Shown: piece after piece, positions 11,502 to 23,918 of the stretch
Layout: each line of letters opens with the position of its first letter
Numbering within the stretch: position 1 is the stretch's first letter
NCBI GenBank assembly: GCA_000934665.2
Contig: JYFJ02002591.1
Coordinates: 1-55,389 of the forward strand
Source of the DNA: Catajapyx aquilonaris
Taxonomy: Eukaryota
Reading direction: 5' to 3'
DNA: 55,389 nucleotides
The notes under the pieces: generated by a model
Told to the model about the DNA's origin: nothing
Databases searched by the model: none
Seen by the model: only the letters and a program-made list of their open reading frames with translations
Made by a program: the position numbers and the translations under genes

Positions 11502-14500
11502 TTAGCGTGGAAGATGGGTTGATGATGGCAGCTTCTCTGGATCATTATGCGACTCCCTGCTTCGAGCGTAAGGGTCATTGAGGGTCGTGCTTTTTTCATA
11601 GCCATTAGAAACCACTTCAAATTGGGGTTGGCCTGTAACAAGTGAGTCTTGGACTACATCATCCTGGTGCAGTAGGAGCTGTGATGGTTCTTCGGGAGCC
11701 TCTCGCACATCATCTGTCAGGTGCAAGAGAGGTGAAGAGTGATTGCAGCGAATAAATAAAGAGCATGTGGTGTGATGGGTTAACCACGCACTTACCCGAA
11801 GAGTATTCATTCAAGACTATTTGTTCGGGGGCTGAGCCGTGAATTCTCTTCAATGGTTGTTCTCCGGCTAAATAAATCACGTGTCCACCAATTCGAAAGA
11901 GGTAATCAGTTGTTCCATCACCTGAGAAACATTTTTGGGACATTATAATTTTTCACTTATTAAAAACAGCATTTGTGTGGGGGAGGGAACTGATTCATGA
12001 CTGACTACCCTTTTCACAGTGTCAAAACTGATCAAAACATGTTTTCAACAAACAACAACACCATCACGACAATTCCCTATAATGGGTAGTCAGCGATGAA
12101 GGGAGACGTAAGTGAATTCCACATAAATTATGAACTAAATTAAAACTTGTCAAAATAAAAGTATAAACTTTCCCACCACTCACCCCCCAACCCTGCCCAT
12201 CTCAGATGACGGACAGGGTGGCCCGAGCCCAACATGACATATTTTTCAATAAAAGTTACTAAAGGGGCGTTCAGACCCGAGAAGAATATTGAGTAACGCA
12301 ATGTCAGTTCCTATTGAATTGTCTGAACATTTTCCCAATAAGAAGGGAGAAAAAATTATAGTTTTAAAATATTGACAAAAATAATGACAAACAACCAATG
12401 AGAACATTATGACCCAATTGCTGCTGCAAAAGCAGAACGGATGAAAGCTGAAAATTTTAATACGCTACCACTTAATCTTAATGGATCACTAACATAGTGC
12501 TCTATCCTCAAAACAATATTTTTAAAATTAATTTGTGGAATTCGTGGTAGCAATTTCTCTCAGAAGACAATTAAAGATAAATGAAATTATTTTTGAACAC
12601 CACCACTCCAGGCATGGAGCTTGCTTCTTACCCCCTTAGCATGGTACCTCGCTATTCTAGATTTTAAAACTGAAATGTATAGTGCAAAGCACACTTCTTT
12701 ATGGGTGTATAGTCACAGCCCATTCGCTATACACATGTTACAAGCCCAAGAGGGGCGCGGGCCCGGGGCGGCGCACCCCCCCCCCCCCCCNCCCCCCCCA
12801 CACGCGCGAGTACGATACGAGTATTAGCCTGTACCTTTCTGGCTGGCATTATGTCGTTTCGAACCAAATGTACTGTCTTGCTTCTCTGACAGGTGTCCAT
12901 CAGCGTCAGGAACCTCTTTATTGCAGCCACCCTCTGTAAGGACTCTTGTACTATGTTGAGATGTCACAGGAACTGCAGCTGGTGAGTGTAGAAATTGATA
13001 ATATTTTTGATGAGCTCTACGAAGCACTGTTGAAATTATAGAAATTATCATCTGGCTATTTTTCAAAGCAACTGAATGACGACGCCATTGGGCATATTAT
13101 ATAATTATATTTCAATCGGGCTTGAATAGCAAATGATATTTAATTGAGATATAATTTTTCAAGCCCAAGTGAATATAAGTATACGAAGGATTTACTGATC
13201 TTTTATTTATTCAATAATGTGTCTCGTATTTTAAATTCACTTTAAGCTGTAGCTATAGCCATACCAGTGTCCCTACTTTTCCCATCATCAGGATTTTGGG
13301 GGGCTGTGTCGCAGCCTGGAGTTGTGGAAGCAGAAGCAGGAACTGCATCAGTCAAGTTGCTGATTTCCAGATTTCCAGGACAATCGCCTCCTAGCATGAA
13401 GGGATCAAAGAGAGCTTCTACAGCACTCGGACGCTTCCAGGGATTCTTATCTAGGAGGCGCGTGATAAGGGAGTTCGCTAGATTGCCCACACTCGTCGGA
13501 ATGTAATAGTCATTCTTCAGTACGAGCTTGTGTATCTCTGACCTTGTACGACCCTGAAACGCTCGCCTCCCCACGAGTAGCTCGTATAGGATACACCCGA
13601 TTGACCACATATCCGATGAGAATGTTTGCTTCTTGGTCCCTCGATGGGCTTCAGGAGACATATAATAACACGTGCCACATCGCATGCTGTATATGGGAAA
13701 GAAAACGTCATCGTCAGGGTCAGTCAAAACTTCAGGTAAATCTTGTTCTAGGATCTAGGGTATAAGCTATAAGGGGAGACCTGAGATAGTTGGCACACTT
13801 TTTACGTTTAATTTTTTTCTGATGTCAGTTAAGACTTATTCACTGTAATTTTTACATTGATGAATACTTCAGACACGTGCTCATACAGTATGTATGTTAC
13901 ATTTTTGAATTTTAAATATGCTATCCACTAAATATTATTTTAAAAACCTCGGCACATGCTCGATGCCTTGTGATTTTGTCATCTTTCCAAAAATGAAAGG
14001 GCCAATGCGTCGAAGGCATTTCACCAACATAGACTACTTGACCTCATAGCAAGGTTTGTAGCACGGACGTTTATCATAAAGACAGTAGTGTATACAGAGT
14101 GATGGAAACTTTTTGCGAAGCACCTGATACCTATTTACTTTAAAGGAAATGATCATTACATTCCGAACGACCCTCGCATATATTATACTGTACACACTTT
14201 TTTTTCTCCTTTTCAATTACCTCCCCATGACGGGATGGGAGATGGGGAGGGCTGGCTTTATAGGGCTTGTGCTACTCATGACTCCTATACTCCTATACTC
14301 CTATACTCCTATACTCCGCCTTGCCGTCAATCATGATCATACTGCATCTCAGTCAGAATGTATTTTTAATGTCCTACAAAATCAATGAAATTAAGAATAA
14401 ATTTACACACTATAGACTCTTACCGCAACTTCGCGTCGTCTGTTGCTCGCACTGCCATCCCGAAGTCCCCAACTTTAATGTCATGAGAATTGATAAACAA

Positions 14501-15144
14501 ATTCTCGGGCTTCAAGTCCCGATGGATTATATGCTTCTGATGCATATATCTCACTGCCACCAGTACCTGCCGGAGGATGTATCTAACTTCGGGCTCAGTA
14601 AACACTTTTCTCACGCGTTGCACATCCCTGAATTCCTGCAATGTAAGCGTGGGTCAAGATCGCGTCAGACCATATAGTGTATATAAGCACGGCAGAGAGC
14701 AACTACATACCCCTCTGTTGCATAGTTCCATCACCATATAAACGTTCTCGTCATCTTCAAAAGAACTATGCAGCTTTACAATGTGGTAGTTGTTCATTTC
14801 TCGGTGTATTGAAATCTCATTATCCATGTGCACTCTTCGATTATTTGTAAGTGATTTCTTACTTGTTATCTTAGCTGCATAAAGCATGTTTGTGTTCTGT
14901 TCCTGCACTACGTGGCATAGGGCATATCCACCCTAAAAGTGAAGATAATGTCAGATGGGTTACCAATATATCATCGCTATTTTCAATCGCAATGTTAAGG
15001 TGTTAGTGACATGCCAGTGATAGCCATCGCTAAGAAAATTCTTCTCAAAAGTGTCAATTTCGGGACAGCGTAATGGTTTAATGGCTTTTTTGTTCATGTA
15101 TAATTTTGTTTGCTTCATGTTGTTTTCGTTGTTGTTTGTAAAGT

Positions 15145-15216
<72 letters not shown>

Positions 15217-16504
15217 CATAGGCCCTACCCCGTGATAGGCGTCCTTGGGCCTTTTATGATGGGATCTTCCTGTCATTCACCAACTTTATTCATTTTCCTG
15301 TCCTATATGATGGGCTTTGAATGTGGGAGGAAACGGGAGAAACCCGAGAAAACATACGCGAACATGGAGAGAACCCATCGAAACTCTATCCACATAAGCA
15401 TCCTCTGTCCGATTCAGGAATCGAACTCGCGACCTTAGAGGTGGAAGGCTGCTGTGGCGCTAACCACTACGCCACCGTGTCCCCCATTTGTTTGTAAAGT
15501 GTAGCTGCACATCACCCGAGAATTTTAACTTGCTCTACTTCACTAAAAACTTGTCACTAGTCCCACAGTATGTGGACATACTCATTGTGACAGTTCATAA
15601 GGCCTTATAAATACAGTATACTGCAGTGTATTCAAGTTAACTGGGACTTTGAACAATATACAGTTGCTTTATTGTTCAAAGTTCCAGTAAACAGTGATGG
15701 GGTGTATCGTCTAGATACCAAAATGAGTATCTTTTATCTCATCTACATAATTTGAAATTGTGTATCTACTTGCATCTAATTATAGCTACTCTACGTAGAG
15801 TATCTGCGTGGCATCATCAGATACTTTTCCAGGTACTTTTAGGTGATTTTCTTGTGATTTTCCTTATGAAAACATGATCCCCCTACACAGAAATAATAAT
15901 GAAGTGTTGTATGCATATTGATATTGCATAGCGGTGCTGGTGCCATATAGTGGTAAACTGGTAATGTCAAAAGTAGTTATAGTGTGCCTGTCAGCTGTGA
16001 CTCGGTGCCAGAAGCTATATGGTCCGCTGAGCTCTGTGAGCACTGCTCAGTGCTCACAGACAAATTACTGTACAGAGGTTTAATTATTTTTTCGTTACCA
16101 AACAGAATAATAAAACATAGCGAAATTGATAGCATCACTCATGGCAGTAGACTGTAGAGTAGCTTATTATACTACAGTGCCAAACTAATGAACTATTGAA
16201 CTATACATATGTTTTAATCCACGGTGAACCAGAGTATAATGTTATTGAGGATGACAAATAAGTCAAAAGAAATATATTCGCACGCGCTTGCGAGTCGGTA
16301 TATCGTAGGCTATATATGGAGTTGTATGGAGTGTCTCAGAAAATGTATCTTATCTACTACTAGATACAATGTCGAAAGAGTATCTGGTGCTATAGTATAG
16401 TACAGCATCTAGATGGTAACATTTGTATCTATAGTATCATTCTGATCTAGATACTTTTTGAAAGTATCTTCCCCATCACTGCCAGTTAACTTAAAATAAC
16501 GGCT

Positions 16505-16586
<82 letters not shown>

Positions 16587-16757
16587 TCTCTCTCCGCAAT
16601 GTGGCTCGCCACAAATAAACACTTTTTCTACAAAGTTACAACTTGAAACACTTACCTCTCCCAGAAACGTTTTGGTATAGTAAGTCTTGTTCCTAAAAGG
16701 ATCACGGATGTGTGGCGGAATATATTCAGGTTTCTCCACTTTCTCCCGCGTAGCCAT
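11502..16757 (-). CDS. polo: Polo/PLK1-derived Ser/Thr kinase lacking the Polo-box domain (~479 aa)
   Basis: Exons 16757-16656, 14932-14711, 14635-14424, 13686-13265, 12978-12835, 11921-11796, 11713-11502, all GT-AG, phases 0,0,2,1,1,1, total 1440 nt. Motifs LGEGGYALC (PLK-type Cys), YAAK, NEISIH, HRDLKPEN, DFG, CGT..YMSPE, DMWSIGC, and post-kinase GGDCPGNLEISNLT resembling the polo/PLK1 P..LP.SCLT segment. Divergent paralog, not canonical polo. Confidence 0.88.
12263..12730 (+). mobile_element. Interspersed repeat (PIF/Harbinger-like left end), second copy inverted at ~51845-52318
   Basis: Begins aggggcgttcagac; collinear reverse-complement match to 51845-52318. Confidence 0.7.
15149..15487 (-). 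mobile_element. V-domain tRNA-SINE with (ACT)n tail and 17-bp TSD
   Basis: A/B-box head, V-domain-like aatgtgggaggaaacgggag...gagagaac, TSD ttgtttgtaaagtgtag on both sides, (AGT)n microsatellite ~15145-15214. Confidence 0.85.
15692..16481. mobile_element. hAT-type MITE
   Basis: TIR cagtgatgggg / ccccatcactg; 8-bp TSD ccagtaaa / ccagttaa; subterminal gtatct/agatac repeats. Confidence 0.85.
16504..16594. repeat. (CT)n microsatellite in intron 1 of the kinase
   Basis: Direct observation. Confidence 0.98.
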
Positions 16758-17293
16758 TTTTAACTGAACAAAAAATATATATATATCAGTTATCATAACT
16801 GCGATACAAAAAAAAATTAAATAAAGGTGTGCAGTTTGAGCTCATCCAGATTATAAAAGCCCAAACAGCACTATCACATCGGAATGATGTCTACAATTTT
16901 GCGACATTCAATCTTATGCGACGAATCTCTAGCTATGCATGCCAGGGTTCAAGGCAGATCCCCTCCCCCATCTGCAGATCTCATAAAGACATATTCAAAC
17001 AAGTAAGCACTTTTGGCATGCGGTAGTATACAGTAAGCCAATGTTAGCAGTTAAATGTTAAAGATTGTATGACCGATATTTTCGTTGGCCGCTGTTACTT
17101 GGGGGCAGAAGCACGAAACAAATCGGGATTTTGAGAAAGAACAAAATAGATGTGACATGCCAGGAGATACATATTTAAAAGGGCCGCTTCAGAAGGTGTT
17201 TGAAGTATAATAACCTCTCTTTCGTAACTCCTTTTCCCATTAGGCTATTATACACTTGTATTATTTTATCAAGTGCACATTATTGAACACATT

Positions 17294-17419
17294 GGGTGGA
17301 ATTTTCGTCGTATACTACTATAGTTACTTTTAACTTAGCAGTATCACTGTAATGCAATGGTACTGCTAAGTTAGCAGTAACTATATAATATGTAGTATAG
17401 TACGACGAAAACTCCACCC
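17294..17419. repeat. ~125-bp palindromic MITE-like element
   Basis: gggtggaattttcgtcgta...tagttac..taacttagcagta / tactgctaagtta..gtaacta...tacgacgaaaactccaccc. Confidence 0.8.
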
Positions 17420-17740
17420 ATTGTCATCTGTTGAACTCTGTCTCGTTGTGATTTCTCTCTCTCTCTGCACAGTTTTAGCTGTATAATAATTTCAGGCGAA
17501 GCCGTGATACCAGTTTTTCACTTGAATTGATGACTGGGATCTTGTTCGATAAATAATCCATACCCAAGTATAGAAAGCCCTAAGCCGTGATATGTTTAGT
17601 TTCCAATTTATAACGGGAAGACCATCAACACTACAACGCCATTATAGTATCCGTGTAAGTTAGCGATCCAAGTCATCAATTCATCTGCAAAGAACCCGTA
17701 CCACTGCACTGTTAGTACCATACCAAATAAGCGCTATTAA

Positions 17741-18506
17741 AGGAAGGGTTCAGTGATTTTGCATGTTGAGCTTCAAAAATCGAGCAGGACTCTCTGATTC
17801 TGAATATACGGTCCGTTTTGGTGGCAAATGCACCATAAGCGTAAAATTTCAAGTCAAAGTTGATTTTTTTGAAAATCAGCGCCGAACACGGGTTCCCTCT
17901 AGCGGCAGCGATGGGAGATCGCACATACAACCAAGATGTCCGCCCCCATAGCGACAAACCATGTGCAAGCCAGGTTTTTGTGTTTTCGACCCGAGCGGAA
18001 CCCGCCCCGGGTGCCAAGGGCCATGGGAATGCAGGGGAGGATGAGAAGGGGAGGCAGAGTGGGAGAGAGGGGCGCCAGTGGTCGGACCATGTGACAGAGT
18101 GATGGCCACGACGGGATACTTCCGTATCAGCTCGAGACTTACCAAGGCGGGTAGTGTCGCGAGGTATAATCCGGAGAGAGAGAGGAGGAATACATTGCCC
18201 ACTTCTTGGCTGCATGTGACGGCGTCGAAGGAAGGGCCAAGTGATTCATCCACTAATTCCTAGTTCAAAAATTGACTTCGCGGCTAAGCCAATGCCAGCC
18301 CTGCGAGCAGCCCTGGCATGTTACTGGGATCTCCGCGGGTGGCGCTAGCTGTACGCTTACCGTATCGAATACAGTAGCGGAGATTGACTTTCACCTAACA
18401 GCATTTGCTTATGCGGCGTCATATTTAAAAACTGACCACATTTTTGGAATCAGGGAGTCTACCTTGATCTTTGAAGCCCAACATGCAAAATCACTGAACC
18501 CTTCCT
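17741..18506. mobile_element. Kolobok-type non-autonomous DNA transposon
   Basis: TTAA on both flanks, AG...CT termini, long TIR aggaagggttcagtgattttgcatgttg / caacatgcaaaatcactgaacccttcct. Confidence 0.8.
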
Positions 18507-18510
18507 TTAA

Positions 18511-19012
18511 GGCGGCGCAGTAGTAAAAATACGGTAGACGCGTTTTTGAGGGAACTTTAATTTTTTGTGGCGAAATACGACGTTAATCTGGAAAAACACG
18601 AACTAGGCGCCCTACGAAAAGGTTTGGCCTTTACAATGATACCATACTCGACATGATTGCTTTACAATTGTGGACATATGTCACAGAAATGTGTCCGATT
18701 TTCACACGATTCCGTCCGCCATGTTAATCAAATGGACTTTTCGGAGACGACATTTTCCGCGAATTTCAACTTGCTGTAAAGGTCACTTCTAGGCCGAAAA
18801 TGGGAAAAAAGACGAACCAGGTGCCCTGCGCCAGATCATGTACTATATTTCGGTGCAATTTCTGTGTCAATTGAACCATTTTTGCGGCCGTATACGTCCA
18901 CAGAAATGTAGACATGTCGAATCCCCATATGTTGCCCATGCATAAGCGAGTTTGTTTAGGTCGTCTCCAACGGCTCTCATTGTTACCGTATTTTTTTGGT
19001 ACTGCGCCTCAT
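18511..19012. mobile_element. Adjacent TIR element sharing the TTAA site
   Basis: ggcgcagtagtaaaaatacggta / taccgtatttttttggtactgcgcc. Confidence 0.6.
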
Positions 19013-19224
19013 TGAACACAATAAATTCCCTTAACGCCAACTCGTTTTGGAGAATAATTATTATCCTTCAAGTGTTTTGAGGCTGCCTTGTGCGACATTG
19101 TATGTTACACTCACTCATCTGACACCTTATATAACAAAAAAAAATGTTGCATGCACTTTACTCATCATAATATCAGGGAGCATAATTATAGTACTACATG
19201 TATAGTATATGCTCCCTGATAATA

Positions 19225-22200
19225 TATCGATCACAACAGTCCGATTAACATTCACAGTCATTTCCCCGGAAATGTTCTCACGCAACAAAAGGTGTAAACA
19301 GATTCAACAAAATAATGACCACTTAGTTGTTTTCATTTAAGTTACATTAATTACTATTTCAAAATAAATATTTTTAATGAAACATTTTTGCACTCTTAGG
19401 ATAGTTTCATTCGACTCAGCTGTAGTCGAGTAGATTCAGGAAATGCATATAGAAACGTGCAATTTTCGTGATGCGGGGCTAAACTGCACCGAAGCTGAAC
19501 CCCTTTTCCATGCTTGCAACAATATTTTTGACCAACAAGATACTTGGGATACGAAAACCTGAAAGCAGCTGGCAGTAACTTCCGGATGAGGCGGCTGTCC
19601 CCTTAGGACCCTCTCTCTGTCCAAGATGGACCCTGACGGAAGTCTGTATGGTACGTCCGTTTAGCTAGTATTTCCGATATAACTTAATATAGTTATCCGA
19701 CTGACCATGCGATAGCTAAATCCAACAAACCCTCCAAGCCGTTGCTTCCCAACCCATACATAATAAAGCATAGCCAATACGAATAACAATAAGTGAAACC
19801 CGTGTATAGGGGTATAGCAGAATATATTGGATGGGACCCTGAAAATTTTCCTGTAATGGGCAGGTTTCCACTATACATCCGTCAAAATGTATACATCTAG
19901 GATAGTGACTATAGCGTATAGGATAATTATGATGGTTTAGTCGTTGTTGTGGTGAAATGATCATTGTTCGCTACGAGAGGCTCTGAAATATTTGGCATTG
20001 TTGGAAGAACGATCAACGTCCACCACCTTTGAGGGGAAATGATCAACGTCCACTCTTGCACTCAGCGACAGTCAATGGTTTTTGCAAATGGGGGGCAAAA
20101 TAAAAACTACACAATCATCAGAGGCCTCATGTATCACGATATACATACATCAGTTGTTTGTGCGTAGGTTTATAACAATCCAAGTGACATTTCCCATTAG
20201 AGGTCACAGTTACTAGAGTAGTGTAACAACGTTTTGGCTTGATAAAACAGCTTTCTGAAACATTTGTTCGTTCCGATTGGGCCACGATTTTTGCAGCTGC
20301 ACGTCGAAAGGCGAATCCTTTTTTGCGTAATTCATACCTATACAAAAACTCTATGTCTCCAACTGAATGCTCATTTCCTATTCAGAAAAGCCAGAAAATC
20401 AGAGAGAATGATCCCGCTTGAAAGATGATCTTTCACAGGAACGCTTTTGATGGGCCGTGGGGATCGTCGATTGTTGTGAAGAGGCATGTAGCACCTTCAG
20501 GTCAGCCTCGTGAGATGTATCCATGCCGATTGCCAATTTCGCAAGCGAAATAAAATGATTTGCAGAGCCTCATGCCATTGATACCCCAGGGTTATCAACA
20601 TTTTTATGTGGACCTGCCCTTTGCCACATGATGTGGTACTGATGTTGATAAATAAAAACCTATACGATGACAACAATATTGGTCAGTTGGTTTTAATTAT
20701 TGTTGCATGTACCCCATGCTGGTATGTATTACCATTAATAATGACTTTCAAACCAACGTTGGGATGTACACATGAATTGTGGTGAGTCTTCAAAGTGTGA
20801 AATTGCAATATCTCAGTTTTACATGAGGTGGACCTTGATGGTTATTCTCCCGCGTGGTCTTCATGTGTATACATCACTACATTGTAATGAACATTTTTTC
20901 TCTCCAAATAGTTTAGAACGCAATGTAATAACTAATTATCTTTACTTCATTGAATAATGTCTTTGATTTTTTATATATTTTTAAAACCATCAGGCCTGCA
21001 ATGTGTTGCGTGTATAAAATGGATGGAGAGCTTATTCTTGCTATATATATAGGGTTGATTATTGTTGACAACAATCAATAAGAAGGGCAATAAATTCCAC
21101 GGAATCCCTTCAGAACTGCAACTGGGGCTTTTGGTATTTGGACGAAGCTTTGGAGCGATTCCTATATCATTGGTCGACGTTGTGTGACACCACTCCTTTA
21201 CGTACGGAAAGACGGTTAAATATAGTGAGTGCGTGACACTCTGTCAAAGAAATCGTATAGATATTAAAGGTAGCTTTCATAATTATATCGTCTATGATAG
21301 AAATGCTTCCTCTACGAAAACAAGTCATAAATAAGTGTTCCTTTATTGATACTGTTTCCGTCTTTTATTAAGTTACGGAATCTCCCGGGTAACTTGAAAA
21401 GTGGGTTTTGTATACCATGTTGGAACTGAGTCATTTGGATCATATACGCTGGCTGCAATTAGGTCATGTCGTAACAGAAATGCATATCTCGTACGGATCA
21501 AAGTAGGGATTTGATTGAAAAGCTTCGTTCCAAAGTTTTGGGGTTTGAAATAATTAATTTTAAAATGTCTCTGAACGCCAAAACCATCAGCACCCCTCCA
21601 CTTTCCTAACTCAGCAGCCTCCGACCCGCTGATGTAGGCGGCGTTGGACTGTAGCGCTATACAAGACGGACAGTAGGGTACAACTGGTGTGGTCACTCAA
21701 TAACCGTACAAATAGCACCAACATAACCCTATAAACAGGGATCCAAATACTAATAGGTACGGATGCCTCGGCCATGAATGCTAATGAATGAATTTTGAAG
21801 GGCATTATGCCAGGGAATAACATAACAGAAAAATCTACTATTCGATAGGCAATAAGCACAAACTACACTCGATGATCACAATAGTCCGATTGTCATCCAT
21901 TGTTCAAATTCCTTGGAGATTGTCCTATATAACCCAACAAAATGAGTAAACAACATTACTTATTTGTTTCCGTTTTAGTTACTTATTCATTGTTCATTAA
22001 TGACTATTTCAAAATTAAATTACTTTTGAACGAAATGCTTATTCACTCTACGAATAGTGCCGTTCGACTCAGCTCGTCGAGTAGATTCAGGAAATGTACA
22101 GAAACTTGCAATTTTCGTGCGGGGATAAACTGCATCGAAGCCGAACCCTTTTTCACTCTTTCAACAATATTTTTGATCAACAAGACACTTGGGAAGAAAC

Positions 22201-22435
22201 CCAGAAAGCAACTGGCAACAACTTACGCATGAGGCGCCTATGGTCTTAGCACCTTATTGATTCCGTCCAAGTTGGGTCCTGATGACGGAAGAATGTATGG
22301 GACGTCCGTTTAGATATTATAGCCTCTCCGGTATTAGCTATCCGACTGACCATGCGATATAGCCAAGCCCAACAAACCCTCCAACCCGTTGCTTCCCAAC
22401 CCAAACATAATAAAGCATAGCCAATATAAATAATA
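19225..22435. repeat. Diverged ~570-bp direct duplication (19225-19790 and 21868-22435) with coding-like remnants
   Basis: Shared ttcgactcagct..gtcgagtagattcaggaaatg, tatccgactgaccatgcgata, ccgttgcttcccaaccca.acataataaagcatagccaata; both translate to IGYALLCxGWEATxWRVCW on the minus strand. Confidence 0.8.
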
Positions 22436-23821
22436 TTTATTTGTACATAATTCATCTTGCTATGAATTGGATCATTCTGGGCTGTGTATTACAAAAGACT
22501 GACGATGCATTTATGTCCACATGCGGTGAAAGACTATACCATGAGCTATGGCAACTCGGTATAAATATCGCCTCTGCTGTAGAGACTTCAAAGACCAAAG
22601 GCTCTGCTCAATTAACTCTTATAGAGTTGTATCTGGATCATTATACCTTGCATTATACGAAGTGCAATGTACTGTATTGAAACAAGAGAGAGCTACTGCT
22701 GCAGTGCAGTATTGGTTGAGCGAAATGCTTCAATGTCTCATAATATGATCTTGGCATATAATGCAGTATGCTCGGGCACATCAATGTTCCTTTTTTATGG
22801 TGAGCAATGATCATTTGAGTCATTGTGCTGGATTGTGGTTAATTGCATTTCTGTTACAGACAGTTCCAGAACGGACGCAAGAATATATGCTGATGCAATG
22901 TAGTTCACTCTGCGTGGTATGGGGACCAGAGCATCATGATTTGGTCTAATACATTATCAAGTATATATGTCTCTGTCTGTCCAAGTTCAGACCAGCATCT
23001 CTACTCTTTCATATTCTGAGGTAGACTGTATATTATATAGATAAATATTTATTATTGATGCACTTATAGCTGTAAGTCCCACGTGCAACATGTGGACATA
23101 GTAGATTGTCATTATACCTTTAACTGAAGATCTATAGTAAAAAAAGGTAGTAAGTGCCATTTTGGGAGAATGCAGAAAATGATGTTTTTCTCATGGCATC
23201 ACTATGAGGTGACATATGAAATAATATTCTATTGACTGCAAGAAAAACTACTGCGGGTTGCTTCTGGCACTTGATGCCTATTTTACAATATTGCCCTGGA
23301 CATTTACTATGGTACTGTTTTTACTTCATATCTCCATTTTCGCATTTTTGGCACTTACTACCTTTTTTACTAAAGGTATTCAACTCAGGCTGCTGCCTTA
23401 ATTCTGGAGTACAGTATATAACTTACAGTATAAACAGCTCAGAGTATAGGGCATGCAAGAGAAATCCACTGACTTAGTAAGTCCAAAATACCAGTTTCGA
23501 GATAATCCAAACCAAATAATGTTTAACCTTGAACTTCTTTACATGCTCGTGAAGACAGAAAAGCCTGATGGCTTGCTGGCTAATTATGAATCTTTAGGAC
23601 CAAATGGACTTCATCAGTAGAGAAGAAAAAACTATATCATGTTGTTTAGTGGTGTATTAAGTGATTAAAAGCAGCCATAACCCTGCAGGAGAACCTTGTG
23701 TTCCATCATCAAAAAACGTAAAATAACAAATCTTAAAAATGAAAATTATGCACAGGCTGCAAAATCATTTGGCAGAAAAAAATAATGCAAATATTTGACA
23801 TGGATCCACTGACTTTTCAAA

Positions 23822-23918
23822 AGTCAAAACACAAAAAAAGGATCCTCTGATGAAACCCAGAGAATAGTCAAAACACAAAAAAAGGATCCTCTGATGAAAC
23901 CCAGAGAATAGTCAAAAC
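23822..23918. repeat. Exact 44-bp tandem duplication
   Basis: agtcaaaacacaaaaaaaggatcctctgatgaaacccagagaat x2 plus a partial copy. Confidence 0.95.

Noticed and set aside
12750..12800. G-quadruplex or regulatory poly-C tract
   Set aside because: Contains an N within a homopolymer; probably a low-quality assembly join
13242..13264. Kinase CDS ending at the TAA at 13242
   Set aside because: A donor at 13264, also present in the duplicate copy, joins three in-phase downstream exons; the read-through form could still exist as a minor isoform
16409..16612. ER-repeat ORF
   Set aside because: Translation of an intronic (CT)n microsatellite
17712..18253. Long overlapping ORFs
   Set aside because: Inside a GC-rich non-autonomous Kolobok-type element; no transposase motifs
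22640..22740. MYND remnant (YCTAAVALSCFNTVHCTS, minus strand)
   Set aside because: Cys/His spacing does not fit and similarity is too weak
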